Under the pieces are notes generated by a model, which worked only from the letters and a program-made list of their open reading frames with translations, did not search any database and had not been told where the DNA came from. Shown here in pieces: positions 39,960 to 51,202 of a stretch of DNA of 64,000 bases (position 1 is its first letter; every line of letters starts with the position of its first letter). Both the position numbers and the translations under genes were made by a program. Source of the stretch: Bacilli bacterium. Its GTDB lineage: Bacteria > Bacillota_I > Bacilli_A > RFN20 > CAG-826. The DNA lies in NCBI GenBank assembly GCA_045628045.1, contig JAZQOV010000011.1:73470-137469 (forward strand). Reading direction: 5' to 3'.

Positions 39960-42546
39960 GCAAATTTTAAAAAGTAAATTATTTGAGCAAAATAAAAGAA
40001 TTGGAGTTGAACCTTTTCGTAGTTACTATATTCCTTTTTCTATTAATCAAAAATTTGATTTTGACTGTGGGATAATAAAAAGAGAATCAAGCGATCTTTT
40101 CCTTTCGCTTGATGGGGAATGGGATTTCGAAGATTACCCTTCAATACAATCTATGGGTTCGTTAGATTGTAATCTTAATAAAAAAATAAAAGTCCCTTCT
40201 TGTGTTCAAATAGAGGGATTTGATTCTAATCAATATGTAAATTATAAATACAATTTTTCCTATAATCCCCCATTCATTGATAAAGATATACCGACCTTTC
40301 ATTATCGTAAAAAAATTAATTTAAATAGAAATGGAAAAATTCCCTTCCTTTGTTTTGATGGAGTCGATTGTTCTTTTTATTTGTTTATTAACGGAAAATT
40401 TGTTGGTTATTCACAAATTTCCCATTCTTTAAGTGAATTTAATATCAGTACATTTGTTAAGGACGGAGAAAATGTTTTTGATGTAATTGTATTAAAATGG
40501 TGTGCTTCTTCATATATTGAAGATCAGGATAAATTTAGATTTTCAGGTATTTTTAGGAGCGTTTATATTTTGCTTAGAGAAGAAAAACACATTGAAGATT
40601 TTAAAATTATTACATCTTTTGAAGGAAAAAATGGAATTTTAACTATTAAAAATTTACGAGGCTCACCTTTTAATGTTTTCTTTAATCATCAAATCAAGAC
40701 CGTAAAATCACAAAGCGAAGTTAGTTTTTACATTCCAAATGTTAAAAGATGGAGTCCTAAGAAACCGTATTTATATGATGTTATTCTTTCGACTACTTCA
40801 GAAAAAATACTTCAACGCGTTGGATTTAGAAGTGTAAAGATTGAAAATGGTATATTTTTAATTAATGATAATCATCAAAAATTATATGGAATTAATAGAC
40901 ACGAATTTAGTCCAGAAACCGGATCAACCATAACTAGAGAATTTACATTTAACGATCTCCTTCTTATGAAGGAATTAAATATTAACGCTATTAGAACATC
41001 ACATTATCCAGATATGCCAGAATTTTACGAACTTTGTAATTATCTTGGATTTTATGTTGTTGATGAAGCGGATATTGAATCACATGGCGCAGCAATCTCT
41101 GATGGAGGATATAAGATCGAACCTTGGGAGAAACTTGCTAATAGTGGAATTTATGATGATGCAGTTTTAGATAGAGAAAAATCATTGTATGAAAGAGACA
41201 AAAATCATTGTTGCGTTATTATTTGGTCTTTAGGAAACGAAAGCTCATATGGGAAAATGTTTTATGATGGAGCTGACCACATTCATATGAATGATGACAG
41301 ACCTATACATTATGAAGGATTATGGAATATTGCCGACAAATCAATCGATGGCGATTATTATACAAATAGGATTGACATTGTATCAAGAATGTACCCGCCA
41401 TATGAATGGCTTGAACATGGCTATTTAGACGACATAAATGAAAAAAGACCATTACTTTTGTGCGAATATTCACACGCCATGGGGAATAGTTGTGGTGATT
41501 TAGCTGATTATTGGAGAATTATTAATTCTAACGATCGTTTCATTGGAGCTTTTATTTGGGAATGGAATGACCATGCCATTAATTGTGATGGAAAATTACT
41601 TTACGGCGGTGATTTTAAAGAAGAAAATCACGACAGTAATTTTTGTATTGATGGGATAGTTACTCCTTATCGAAAATTTAAATCCTCTACCTTAGAAATG
41701 AAAGCCGTTTATTCTGGCAATTTAGAGCCAAAAAAAGAAGTTAATAAATGCAAAAAATTAAGAGAAATTCCTTGTAATTCCCCAATAAAAATTAAGATTG
41801 ACGAAGAAAAAGGTTCTTTGCTTGCAATTTATAAAAATGATAAAAATATTCTCGAATCTCCAATTGAAATTTCATATTTAAGAGCATATTTAGATAACGA
41901 AATGCATACTAAGTGGAAATTGGAAGAGTTAGAGAAACTAAACTTAAAAATTTATAAAAGAGAAGTTAAAGAAAACGAAATGACCTTTTATGGAAATTTA
42001 ATTGGTGAAAATGAATATAAGTATTTTGATTATTGTATAAAGTATAAAGTCTTCAATAATGCAGTCGATATTATTTTGAGTTACGCCATAAATAGTGAAG
42101 TAAATTTTATTCCTAGATTTGGCGTGAAATTTGCTATCAATAAAATTTATCAAAATTTCACGTATTTTGGATATGGACCAGATGAATCATATATCGATAA
42201 AAGAGTTCATTCTAAAATAAGGAAGTTTAAAACCAATGTTAAGAGTAATTATTTTGATTATATTAAGCCTCAAGAAACAGGAAGCCACTATTATTCAAGT
42301 TATATTAAATTTGATAATTTAAAAATTATAGCTGAAAAACCTTTTAGCTTTAGTGTTTTGCCTTATTCTTTTGAACAAATTATTTGCAGCAAACATTATT
42401 TTGAATTACCAAAACAAGATAAAACATATATAAATTTGGACATATTTATGAGTGGTGTTGGTTCAAATTCTTGTGGTCCTGAATTAAAGAAAGAATATTC
42501 ATTACCTCATTCTGGGTCAAATATGTTTAGAATCGTTATAAAATGA
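39943..42546 (+). CDS. GH2 beta-galactosidase (LacZ-like)
   Basis: GINRHE, RTSHYP, WSLGNE, CEYSHAMGN and PQETG. Confidence 0.92.
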   Translation: MNSLSKQILKSKLFEQNKRIGVEPFRSYYIPFSINQKFDFDCGIIKRESSDLFLSLDGEWDFEDYPSIQSMGSLDCNLNKKIKVPSCVQIEGFDSNQYVNYKYNFSYNPPFIDKDIPTFHYRKKINLNRNGKIPFLCFDGVDCSFYLFINGKFVGYSQISHSLSEFNISTFVKDGENVFDVIVLKWCASSYIEDQDKFRFSGIFRSVYILLREEKHIEDFKIITSFEGKNGILTIKNLRGSPFNVFFNHQIKTVKSQSEVSFYIPNVKRWSPKKPYLYDVILSTTSEKILQRVGFRSVKIENGIFLINDNHQKLYGINRHEFSPETGSTITREFTFNDLLLMKELNINAIRTSHYPDMPEFYELCNYLGFYVVDEADIESHGAAISDGGYKIEPWEKLANSGIYDDAVLDREKSLYERDKNHCCVIIWSLGNESSYGKMFYDGADHIHMNDDRPIHYEGLWNIADKSIDGDYYTNRIDIVSRMYPPYEWLEHGYLDDINEKRPLLLCEYSHAMGNSCGDLADYWRIINSNDRFIGAFIWEWNDHAINCDGKLLYGGDFKEENHDSNFCIDGIVTPYRKFKSSTLEMKAVYSGNLEPKKEVNKCKKLREIPCNSPIKIKIDEEKGSLLAIYKNDKNILESPIEISYLRAYLDNEMHTKWKLEELEKLNLKIYKREVKENEMTFYGNLIGENEYKYFDYCIKYKVFNNAVDIILSYAINSEVNFIPRFGVKFAINKIYQNFTYFGYGPDESYIDKRVHSKIRKFKTNVKSNYFDYIKPQETGSHYYSSYIKFDNLKIIAEKPFSFSVLPYSFEQIICSKHYFELPKQDKTYINLDIFMSGVGSNSCGPELKKEYSLPHSGSNMFRIVIK

Positions 42547-43169
42547 GAAAAGCAATTAATAAGAAATGTGGAAAATTTAAATATAAATTTTTCTACCCTA
42601 AAAATTACAATAAGAAACAACGTTATCCCGTTGTATTCTTTACTCATGGTCATGGTGGTGTTAATAAGAGCTTCGACTCATTCTTAGAAGACACGAATTT
42701 TATAAAATTATTAAATCTTGGATATTCATCATTGGATAATTGTATTGTGGTATGTCCTCATTGCACCACAGATACATATTTTGATAATTTTGTAGACCTA
42801 ATTAAGCTAGCAAACAGAATTTATAATAGAAAAGACGTTGATAAAGCAAATTTTAATGGTTTAGGCATTTCTATGGGCGGATATACTATGTACCAATTAA
42901 TGATGTCAACAAACTCATTATGGCATAAATCATTAATTTTATGTGCAGGTGGTTTATATTGGAACGCAGTAAAAATTAAAGATATCCCATTAAAAATAAT
43001 TCATGGAACAAACGATCAAACAATTTATATTGAAGAAGCTATTAGGATGAAAGAAAAACTAGATTCTTATAATTCTCATGTCGAATTAATTAAACTAGAT
43101 GGATTTGGTCATAATGTCTGGGACGAGACTTGGACCCACGAGGAATATTTTGGTTGGTTAATTAGTTAA
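42543..43169 (+). CDS. Alpha/beta-hydrolase (esterase)
   Basis: YPVVFFTHGHG, GISMGG, HGTND and GHNVW. Confidence 0.8.
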   Translation: MRKAINKKCGKFKYKFFYPKNYNKKQRYPVVFFTHGHGGVNKSFDSFLEDTNFIKLLNLGYSSLDNCIVVCPHCTTDTYFDNFVDLIKLANRIYNRKDVDKANFNGLGISMGGYTMYQLMMSTNSLWHKSLILCAGGLYWNAVKIKDIPLKIIHGTNDQTIYIEEAIRMKEKLDSYNSHVELIKLDGFGHNVWDETWTHEEYFGWLIS

Positions 43170-44231
43170 TTTTTCATCAAAAATTTCCAAAGCCTTTATT
43201 AAGTTATGGCCTAGTAAATTTAGGCCATTAATAGAATAAGGCTTTTTGTTTTCACCAAAATAAGGAATTTCTAAAATTAAACCGAGTTTTACATTTTGTT
43301 TTGTGAAAAACGAACGTCCATTTGCAGAAGGCAAGTTCCAAGATTTCAAATATTCAATATTGTGCTGCTGAGAGTATGGAATCTCGCAATTATTCTCTGT
43401 TTTCTCAAGTATCTTTGAAAAAATATGCTGATTCTTAGTTAATTTTTCATCCCCTTCTATAATGGATAAAAAATCGTGAATTGTGCCCCATTTGCCAGGA
43501 CAATGTAAATCAAGAAAATATGCTAAGTTATTTGTGTATGTACTTTTTATATATCTAATTGATGAATAAATAGGCTCGTCAATATAGTCTCTATTGTGAT
43601 CATGCGGAGCTCTTGATTTTCCTTGATCTCCGTCCTCAACTCCATCTAAATCAACAAACGGAATTATTGAAATTAAGTACTTTTCTTTTAATTTCGAATT
43701 TTTAAGTTCCTCGATTGCTCCTTCTAGAACATAGGAAGCAGATGCTTCACAAGCGTGATGTCTGCAAGTTAACGATAAAATTTTTCCTTTTGGATTTCCG
43801 AATGTATAAACGTATTGGTTTCTGTTTTTTAAAGTATTTTCTGGCATTTGTTTCTTTGATAAAAAATTAATATTTTTTAGAAACAAATCAAAATTTGTAG
43901 AGGTATACGGATAAGAAAAAGCAAAATATTTTTCATCCCCTTCTTTTAAGTAATACTTAAATGTGGCCCCATCAATATAAACGTTATCTTCGAAGTAATA
44001 ATGAATTCCGTCATCAGAAATCGCTGGTCCGAATTTTGATATTACATCTCTATTGCAAAAATGGAAGGTGTAGAGGCCGGTTTTGCATGCCTTTACTTTA
44101 AAAGAAAAATAAAACCACCATTCTGTTGTATCTCTAATTTCTTGTTCTAAAAATACATCGAAATTTTCAATACTTAATATATTTATATTACCACCAGGTA
44201 TTTTATTAGTAATAATTATATTGTTTTTCAT
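43158..44231 (-). CDS. M14-family zinc carboxypeptidase-like protein
   Basis: RHHACE, DGVEDG, DHNRDY and LDLH. Confidence 0.82.
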   Translation of the reverse strand: MKNNIIITNKIPGGNINILSIENFDVFLEQEIRDTTEWWFYFSFKVKACKTGLYTFHFCNRDVISKFGPAISDDGIHYYFEDNVYIDGATFKYYLKEGDEKYFAFSYPYTSTNFDLFLKNINFLSKKQMPENTLKNRNQYVYTFGNPKGKILSLTCRHHACEASASYVLEGAIEELKNSKLKEKYLISIIPFVDLDGVEDGDQGKSRAPHDHNRDYIDEPIYSSIRYIKSTYTNNLAYFLDLHCPGKWGTIHDFLSIIEGDEKLTKNQHIFSKILEKTENNCEIPYSQQHNIEYLKSWNLPSANGRSFFTKQNVKLGLILEIPYFGENKKPYSINGLNLLGHNLIKALEIFDEKLTN

Positions 44232-44412
44232 GAATAAAATTATATCATTTTTTATTAAATTTAAATATAAAAGAAAATGTATGCAACTATAATAAATATT
44301 TTATTCTTTATTCTATATAACAAAAAACGGGCTATTTAGGAGAGCGCTTGCACAAACTATAGACATATGCGTGCCTATGTATGAAAATTTCGTAGAGGAG
44401 AAATTGAAAAAA

Positions 44413-45077
44413 ATGAAAAATAAGTTGTTTCTAATTTCTTTAATGGCTGGTTCTCTTTCATTGGGTCTTAGCATTTCTAGTTTAACCAATACTCGTGAAG
44501 TCAATGCCGAAGATAATAATACATCTTTGGGCTTAGGTGCGGCCATGTTAGCTTATATTGAAAACGATGGTGGAGCCATCACGTCAAATTCCATGTTTGA
44601 CTACACAATTGCCGTTGGTTCATTGTCCTCTGGAGTAGGGTCTACTTTAGGCTCATATCCTGCTTCCTATGTTGTAAGAGGCGGAAATAAGGAACTGGGC
44701 GCCGCAACTGCAGATGATTTAAATTATCATACTGACTGGGCTCTAGGTCGTATGCATTCTCAAAATGATAGCCGAATTCAATGGGTTATCACTGCAAAAG
44801 TCCCTGTGACTGTTTCTGTAACAGTTGCTAAAATTTTGTCTTACCCAACAACTTCTGAACTTAAATATTATGTATTTGATGGTGCGATTCCGAATGAAGC
44901 GTATTGTTCAAATCAGTTAAAACAAAAACATGTTTTATCTTCTACAATGGATGATGCTTCTTCATTGAACTATTCAACAACTTTGTCTATTGGTCAAAAG
45001 TTTGTTGTTGAATGGGGCTATCAATGGAACGGCAAGAGAAACATCAACATTAAGAGTAGTGGATCTGAAATGTTTAC
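44413..45077 (+). repeat. Dispersed direct repeat, second copy at 48452-49116 (offset 4039)
   Basis: Long identical runs, e.g. gttgtaagaggcggaaataaggaactggg at 44671 and ~48710. Confidence 0.9.
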
Positions 45078-46521
45078 CTTAGGTGTTGCAAGATCTGCGT
45101 CCAAATCTTTAAGTTACTATAACAAAATGGTTACAGAGGTTTCAAATAACGAAGGAAACGATATAGAAAACACAAGTTTGCTTCCTATGAAGTCTTATGG
45201 TTTTTATCATGGTTCAGTAACTGATTCAAATATTAATAAATTTGAAACTGTTTCTAACAATTCCTTAAAAACCACAACAGCAACACAAGCTCTTAACTGG
45301 AATGCTAAAGTTGATGCCGGAGATAATTTAGTTATTAAATTTGTTGCTTCTGAAAAATTGTTATTAAATATTACAAGACCAGTAATAGGAACTGATTTTT
45401 TAAATAGTACGTTTATTAACTATTGGCACAATAACGAGTTGGAAAAAACTATTTCATTTGAAGGAAATGTTACCGATCCATCCTTGTTTAATTACTCTCA
45501 TGTTTTAGAGGCTAATGATGTATTTTATTACGAATTTGGTTCAACAATAGGAAGTGATAGATGCATGCAAATGACAAGCGGTGGCGATATTAATGAAATG
45601 TTACCTAAATTTGAGGCTTTAGGGTTTGCATATGCAGAAACTGCACCTCATACTTCACATACATTAACCAAAGTTAATGGTCAATCAGCAACATGTGAAA
45701 ATGACGGTTATTTAGATTATTATGAATGCGATGTTTGCGATGCTTTATTTGAAGATAGTGAAGGAACATCTCCAATTGTAGATTTAGCTGCTTGGAAACT
45801 TGGAGATGGAAAAGAAGAAAAAACCGGACATACTTGGGTTTTGCAAGAAGGCTTAAAAGAAACTTGTGAAACCGATGGCTATAAAGATTACTATAAGTGT
45901 TCTATTTGCGACATGTATGCTGAGGACAGTGCGGGTGTCACCAAGATTCAAAATCTTGATGAGTGGAAAGCTGGCGATGGGAAAATTTCAAAGCATGCTC
46001 ACACGATGACTCATCACACTGCTGTTGCACCAACTTGTACAGAAGACGGAACAGTTGAATATTGGAGTTGCTCAGAATGTGGCAAAAACTATGCTGACGA
46101 GGCAGGAACAAGTACTCTCGAATCTATTAGTGTTCCAGCAATTGGTCATTCATATACCTTTGTTGAGGAGGTAGCAGCCACTCAAGAATCTACAGGCGTT
46201 AAAGCACATTATGTTTGCTCTGCATGTGGAGATTTGTTTATAGATGGACCTGGCAATTATATCAAAGTCACTTTAGGCGACTTGGAGATACCAAGATTGT
46301 CAGTTAACGATACAAATGATGAAAAAGATGAAAATATAGTTAATACTGTTATTAACAATGTTAAGGATTTTGCACACAATGCTGTTGATTTTGCTAAAGA
46401 TAAATATAGTAAATTAAAAGATTTAGCAGGATGCGAAGGCTCTTTGATAGCATGTTCAGGAATTATTAGTGCTTTTGCTTTGTGTGGTGCAATCGGATTG
46501 ATTATCCGTAAAAGAAAATAA
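44413..46521 (+). CDS. Secreted/anchored surface protein with Cys/His-rich repeats
   Basis: Likely start is ATG 44413, matching the 48452 paralog. Signal peptide ending VNA-E; four repeats of the TCxxxG...Y.C..C type; C-terminal TM and RKRK. Confidence 0.7.
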   Translation: MKNKLFLISLMAGSLSLGLSISSLTNTREVNAEDNNTSLGLGAAMLAYIENDGGAITSNSMFDYTIAVGSLSSGVGSTLGSYPASYVVRGGNKELGAATADDLNYHTDWALGRMHSQNDSRIQWVITAKVPVTVSVTVAKILSYPTTSELKYYVFDGAIPNEAYCSNQLKQKHVLSSTMDDASSLNYSTTLSIGQKFVVEWGYQWNGKRNINIKSSGSEMFTLGVARSASKSLSYYNKMVTEVSNNEGNDIENTSLLPMKSYGFYHGSVTDSNINKFETVSNNSLKTTTATQALNWNAKVDAGDNLVIKFVASEKLLLNITRPVIGTDFLNSTFINYWHNNELEKTISFEGNVTDPSLFNYSHVLEANDVFYYEFGSTIGSDRCMQMTSGGDINEMLPKFEALGFAYAETAPHTSHTLTKVNGQSATCENDGYLDYYECDVCDALFEDSEGTSPIVDLAAWKLGDGKEEKTGHTWVLQEGLKETCETDGYKDYYKCSICDMYAEDSAGVTKIQNLDEWKAGDGKISKHAHTMTHHTAVAPTCTEDGTVEYWSCSECGKNYADEAGTSTLESISVPAIGHSYTFVEEVAATQESTGVKAHYVCSACGDLFIDGPGNYIKVTLGDLEIPRLSVNDTNDEKDENIVNTVINNVKDFAHNAVDFAKDKYSKLKDLAGCEGSLIACSGIISAFALCGAIGLIIRKRK

Positions 46522-46540
46522 AAAAAGTGAGGAGAAAAAA

Positions 46541-48160
46541 ATGAGAAAATTAAGAAAAATTAGTGTTCTAGTTTTGGGGGCTGCTATGGTTGGTGGCCTT
46601 GCCGGCGCCTTTGCTGGTAAGAAAATTCAAACTGTAAAAGCTGAAGATTCTTGGACTTTACAGGTTGCATATGTCGATGTTTTAAAAAATTACATCGAGG
46701 GTGCGAAATTAGGTGATGATTCTTATACCGATACATCAGGAAGATTTAAGGCCGGAGTTCGTTATGGAAACTTGTATGAAGGAAAATTAGAAAAGTTCTC
46801 AAATTGTGCAGGTTTTAAAAGTTCTGGCAATCCTCAGTTCTATTATGATGGAACTAGCGCCGCTACCTGTACAGGTTCATGGATGAATAACTGGCAATGT
46901 AATCCAAAAGATTCAAATGATTGTATTCTTTTCTTTGAGGCAGTAAGCCCAATTTCTCTTAGTGTTCCAGAAACAGATCTTGGCGGAACTGTACAACATG
47001 CTCAATCATATTTTATAAAAAGAAATGGTGATAATAATTTCTATTGTGTTAATTATAAGATTCCAAGTTACAAAGTCTTGGTTCAAGAAAAGATTGTTTT
47101 AAATGAAGGTGACACTTTCTATTGGTGCGTTTCAGCCGGGTCCGACAATTCTGTTATAAATTCAAAATTACCAAAATTCGATTTGTCGAACGATGTTTCA
47201 ATTTCTTCAATGAGTGTTGATTTCAAGTCATTCAAAAATCAATATGCAAAAATTGCAAGTGCTCATCCAGGCGCAAAGATTCTTTCTTCAAATGCCCTAT
47301 ACGTGATTGGTATAAAGTACGGAACAGCCTGGAATAACGCTCTTAATGAATTTGAAAATATTTCTTCTGACGGCATTTTCTCAAGAAGTGGAAGTGAATC
47401 TTCCGGCACAAGAATTAGTGCAGCTGGAACATTATACACAAATAATAATATTGGAATTGCATTAACCATTAAACCTTATATTGATTTAGTTTATTCATCA
47501 GATTATTTAGCTTTTGGTGGTGCTCCACAATCATGTAATATTGCGTATGCAATTACAGATGTAAATGGATATTATTACACACTTAAGAATGTTCAATTAA
47601 CTAAGGATTCTTCTACTTCAGCAACTAACTATGCTTCTGTCAGTGGTATCGAACCTCTTGTGCTAAAAGCTGGCGAAACATTAACTTGGGAATTTAGATT
47701 AACATGGAAAGATGGTTGGGATCATAATATTCAAACACCATTACCATGTTTCCATTTGTCAGTTGCTTCAGAAGAAAGTTATGAAGGCTTAGCAAATAGA
47801 TTTGTATTTATGTATATGAAGTTTGGAACTGTAGGTTCTGACGTGAGTGGTGAAGGCAAATGTGTTAGCGAAGGCTGGTATACAACTGCTAAAGCAGAAT
47901 ATGAAAAATTAGCTAATGGAACAAAAACAGAATTTGCTAAAAATGCTGCTGCTGTTGCTCGTTTAAAAGCATGGGCTGCTGCTAATGGAGAAGAATTTAA
48001 TCCTACTGATGGATCATTCGTTTCGCAAGCAAGGTTTGTTTTACGCGATTCAGAGCCAAGAAACAACTCCTCAGTTCTAATTATCTCTATTGTTTCAGTC
48101 TTATCAATTTCTATTCTCGGATTCTTACTTATTCTTAAGAAGAGAAAACTAACTAAATAA
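46541..48160 (+). CDS. Secreted protein with C-terminal helical domain and membrane anchor
   Basis: Signal peptide (VKA-E); C-terminal TM and KKRK. Confidence 0.65.
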   Translation: MRKLRKISVLVLGAAMVGGLAGAFAGKKIQTVKAEDSWTLQVAYVDVLKNYIEGAKLGDDSYTDTSGRFKAGVRYGNLYEGKLEKFSNCAGFKSSGNPQFYYDGTSAATCTGSWMNNWQCNPKDSNDCILFFEAVSPISLSVPETDLGGTVQHAQSYFIKRNGDNNFYCVNYKIPSYKVLVQEKIVLNEGDTFYWCVSAGSDNSVINSKLPKFDLSNDVSISSMSVDFKSFKNQYAKIASAHPGAKILSSNALYVIGIKYGTAWNNALNEFENISSDGIFSRSGSESSGTRISAAGTLYTNNNIGIALTIKPYIDLVYSSDYLAFGGAPQSCNIAYAITDVNGYYYTLKNVQLTKDSSTSATNYASVSGIEPLVLKAGETLTWEFRLTWKDGWDHNIQTPLPCFHLSVASEESYEGLANRFVFMYMKFGTVGSDVSGEGKCVSEGWYTTAKAEYEKLANGTKTEFAKNAAAVARLKAWAAANGEEFNPTDGSFVSQARFVLRDSEPRNNSSVLIISIVSVLSISILGFLLILKKRKLTK

Positions 48161-48241
48161 AACATAGTTTCAATGGTTCTATAAAATTTAAGAGAAGTTG
48201 AATAGTGATTTCTTAAAATCTTAGTAGAATCACCTAAAATT

Positions 48242-48276
48242 AAAGGCGGACATATCATGCCCGCCTTTTTGTTTTT
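48242..48276 (+). terminator. Intrinsic terminator
   Basis: aaaggcgg..ccgccttttt. Confidence 0.7.
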
Positions 48277-48451
48277 GATAAGCGATTTTTTAAACTATCA
48301 ACTAGTGTTGATAATAAGTCTTCCTTTAAAAAACAAATTTAATTTTTAAAAAGTATATAGCAAAAACCGGACCATTTAACTTAATGCTTATTAAATCATT
48401 GCATTTAAGTCATTTATAAAAGAAAATTTTGTTAAGAAAGGAAAACTTAAA

Positions 48452-51202
48452 ATGAAAAATAAATTATTTTTGATTTTTTCAATGGCTGGTTCTCTTTCAT
48501 TAAGTCTAGGCGCCTCAGGTTTAACTAAAACCAGAGAAGTTAATGCCGAAGATAACACTACATCCTTGGGCTTGGGAGCGGCCATGTTAGGTTATATTAA
48601 TAATGGTGGTAATGCTGTTACATCAAATACTGCGTTTGACTACACAATTGCGGTTGGATCTTTGTCCTCTGGAACAGGATCTACTCTAGGTTCATATCCT
48701 GCTGCCCATGTTGTAAGAGGCGGAAATAAGGAACTGGGTGCCGCAACTGCAGATGATTTAAATTATCATACTGACTGGGCTCTAGGTCGTATGCATTCTC
48801 AAAATGATAGCCGAATTCAATGGGTTATCACCGCAAAAGCCTCCGTGGCTGTTTCTGTAACGGTTGCTAAAATTTTGTCTTACCCAACAAATTCTGAACT
48901 TAAATATTATGTATTTGATGGTGCGATTCCGAATGAAGCGTATTGTTCAAATCAGTTAAAACAGAAAAATGTTTTATCTTCCACAATGGATGATGCTTCT
49001 TCATTGAACTATTCAACAACTTTGTCTATTGGTCAAAAGTTTGTTGTTGAATGGGGCTATCAATGGAGCGGCAAGAGAAACATCAACATTAAGAGTAGCG
49101 GAGCAGAGATGTTTACTTTAACTATCGAACCGTCTGCTGCTAGTTCAACGAATTATTTAAATAAAATGATTGAAAAAGTCTCTAATAATGGCGGCGATGA
49201 TGTTTCGGAGACAATTTCGTATCCTATTAAATCCTATGGTATTTATCATGGCGATGTTTCGAAGGGAACAATTTCAAAATTCACCTCAGTTGCTTCAAAT
49301 AACATGAGTAGCGGCGATGGAACGACAAATGTACAAAATTGGAGAGTAACTTTTGCTGCAAATGATAATTTTATTATCAAAATTGTCGCTAATGAGAAAA
49401 TGCTTTTAACTATTTCAAGATCTGTCCTTGGTACCGAATGGTTGGATGGTACAACATTTATTAAATATTGGCATAACAACGAATTAGAAAGTAAAGTTTC
49501 TTCATCAAACGGATTAAAAGACACAAGTTTATTTTCGTTCAGCCATGTCTTAAATGAAAATGATGTTTTCTATTATGAACTTGGTTCTACTGGTGATGGA
49601 CGAAATATTTCAATGCAAAGCGGCGGTGATATTAATACAAGTTTACCTATTTTTGCTGCTAATGGATTCGCATTTTCTAGTGAAGATTTACATCCATCTC
49701 ATACTTTGACTAAAGTAGATGGAAAGCCATCCACTTGTGAAGAAAATGGTTATAAAGATTATTATAAATGTTTTATTTGCGATGCTTTATTCGAAGATGA
49801 AAATGGTTTATCTAAGATTACTGATTTTGAAACATGGAAAACTACAGATGGCCAAACAGAAAAAAGACACAATTTAATTCATCACCCTGCGGTTGCAGCG
49901 ACAGCTACATCAGATGGAAATATTGAATATTGGGAATGTGAAACATGTGGTACATTTTTCTCCGATTCTTCCGGTGAAAATGCGATTACCGATGTTATAA
50001 TACCTGCTAATGATGCTGTTACTATCGCATATTCTTCTTATTTAAGCAAAGCTTTAACAGCAAAGAAAGGTGGCGGCAATGCAGTTGCTGAGTATGATAA
50101 TGTAGATATCGCATTCAATCATGGTTCACCAAAAAATTATTCACTTGTAACTGAAAATAACGATACTTGTTTATATACATCAGGTTCTCTTGGACTTGCC
50201 TATTATTGGGGCTGGCAAATTAGATTCCATGGTACTGATGATGCTGTTATCAAATATACAGCTAAAAAAGATATTAAGCTTGATATTGGATATATCGCGT
50301 CAAATAAAGAGAGCGGAATTACAAACTGGGTTGGCAATAGTTCAATTAGATTCTATGCCGAATCAGTAAATGGCACTTTAGAATTGCTTAAAACAAGCAA
50401 AATTACTTTAAATAATACTGGTGAAACAGGCGACTATGATATTTCAGTGCACCTCGCAACAGGTGAGTCTTTATTAATTGATTTATCCACCATTGATGAT
50501 GAAGTTAATAAAACTATTAGTTACATTCCAGCAGTCACCACCTCTCAAAGTAAATATGACAGTAGTAAAAAAATTGATTTTGATAGCATTGAAGAATTGA
50601 ATATGTATAAGAACACTAAATCATCAGGTCTTTATTGGTATTTCAGTGCATCAAATGGCGCTTACAATATTACGCAAAGCAACATGCTTCTTGAACATTT
50701 TACTTATTGTCAAGACGTTTATGTTAAAGCAACTATTGCAATTCAAAATGCTAAATCTAAATCAGATGTAGATGCAGTTGTGAATAAATGCAAGACTGAT
50801 TTAAAGAATGTGTCTGATGCAGCAAAGTTTGTCTTTAACTATTTACACATGCGTGATTACGATATTGATTGGAATGATAGTGAAGGCACGAATGCATGTT
50901 TAGATTATTATGGTTCTGCAAAAGAAGCATTTAATAGTTTAACTAAAGGAGCAGCAGAAGTATTCTGTAAAGATTCACATTTTAGAGAAGCTTATGATCG
51001 TTTGTCAAAATGGGCATTGGCTAATGAAAATGTTATTTCTTCAGATTATTCTATTATTTCATCTTCAAGAATATTAAGAGATGAAGATATTATTAATGGC
51101 GAAGCTATTATAATAGTTTCTACTGTATTAAGTGTGTCTGTCTTATTAGGTTTAATTGTTTTAAAACGAAATATTTGTAGGAGAAATAAAAATGAAAAAT
51201 AA
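48452..51202 (+). CDS. Surface protein, paralog of 44413 with a different C-terminal half
   Basis: N-terminal ~220 aa near-identical to the 44413 protein; two Cys repeats; C-terminal TM. Confidence 0.7.
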   Translation: MKNKLFLIFSMAGSLSLSLGASGLTKTREVNAEDNTTSLGLGAAMLGYINNGGNAVTSNTAFDYTIAVGSLSSGTGSTLGSYPAAHVVRGGNKELGAATADDLNYHTDWALGRMHSQNDSRIQWVITAKASVAVSVTVAKILSYPTNSELKYYVFDGAIPNEAYCSNQLKQKNVLSSTMDDASSLNYSTTLSIGQKFVVEWGYQWSGKRNINIKSSGAEMFTLTIEPSAASSTNYLNKMIEKVSNNGGDDVSETISYPIKSYGIYHGDVSKGTISKFTSVASNNMSSGDGTTNVQNWRVTFAANDNFIIKIVANEKMLLTISRSVLGTEWLDGTTFIKYWHNNELESKVSSSNGLKDTSLFSFSHVLNENDVFYYELGSTGDGRNISMQSGGDINTSLPIFAANGFAFSSEDLHPSHTLTKVDGKPSTCEENGYKDYYKCFICDALFEDENGLSKITDFETWKTTDGQTEKRHNLIHHPAVAATATSDGNIEYWECETCGTFFSDSSGENAITDVIIPANDAVTIAYSSYLSKALTAKKGGGNAVAEYDNVDIAFNHGSPKNYSLVTENNDTCLYTSGSLGLAYYWGWQIRFHGTDDAVIKYTAKKDIKLDIGYIASNKESGITNWVGNSSIRFYAESVNGTLELLKTSKITLNNTGETGDYDISVHLATGESLLIDLSTIDDEVNKTISYIPAVTTSQSKYDSSKKIDFDSIEELNMYKNTKSSGLYWYFSASNGAYNITQSNMLLEHFTYCQDVYVKATIAIQNAKSKSDVDAVVNKCKTDLKNVSDAAKFVFNYLHMRDYDIDWNDSEGTNACLDYYGSAKEAFNSLTKGAAEVFCKDSHFREAYDRLSKWALANENVISSDYSIISSSRILRDEDIINGEAIIIVSTVLSVSVLLGLIVLKRNICRRNKNEK

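Noticed and set aside
44413-49116. Invertible shufflon or DGR in the duplicated surface genes
   Set aside because: Repeats are direct, differences are not confined to adenines, and no recombinase or RT is nearby
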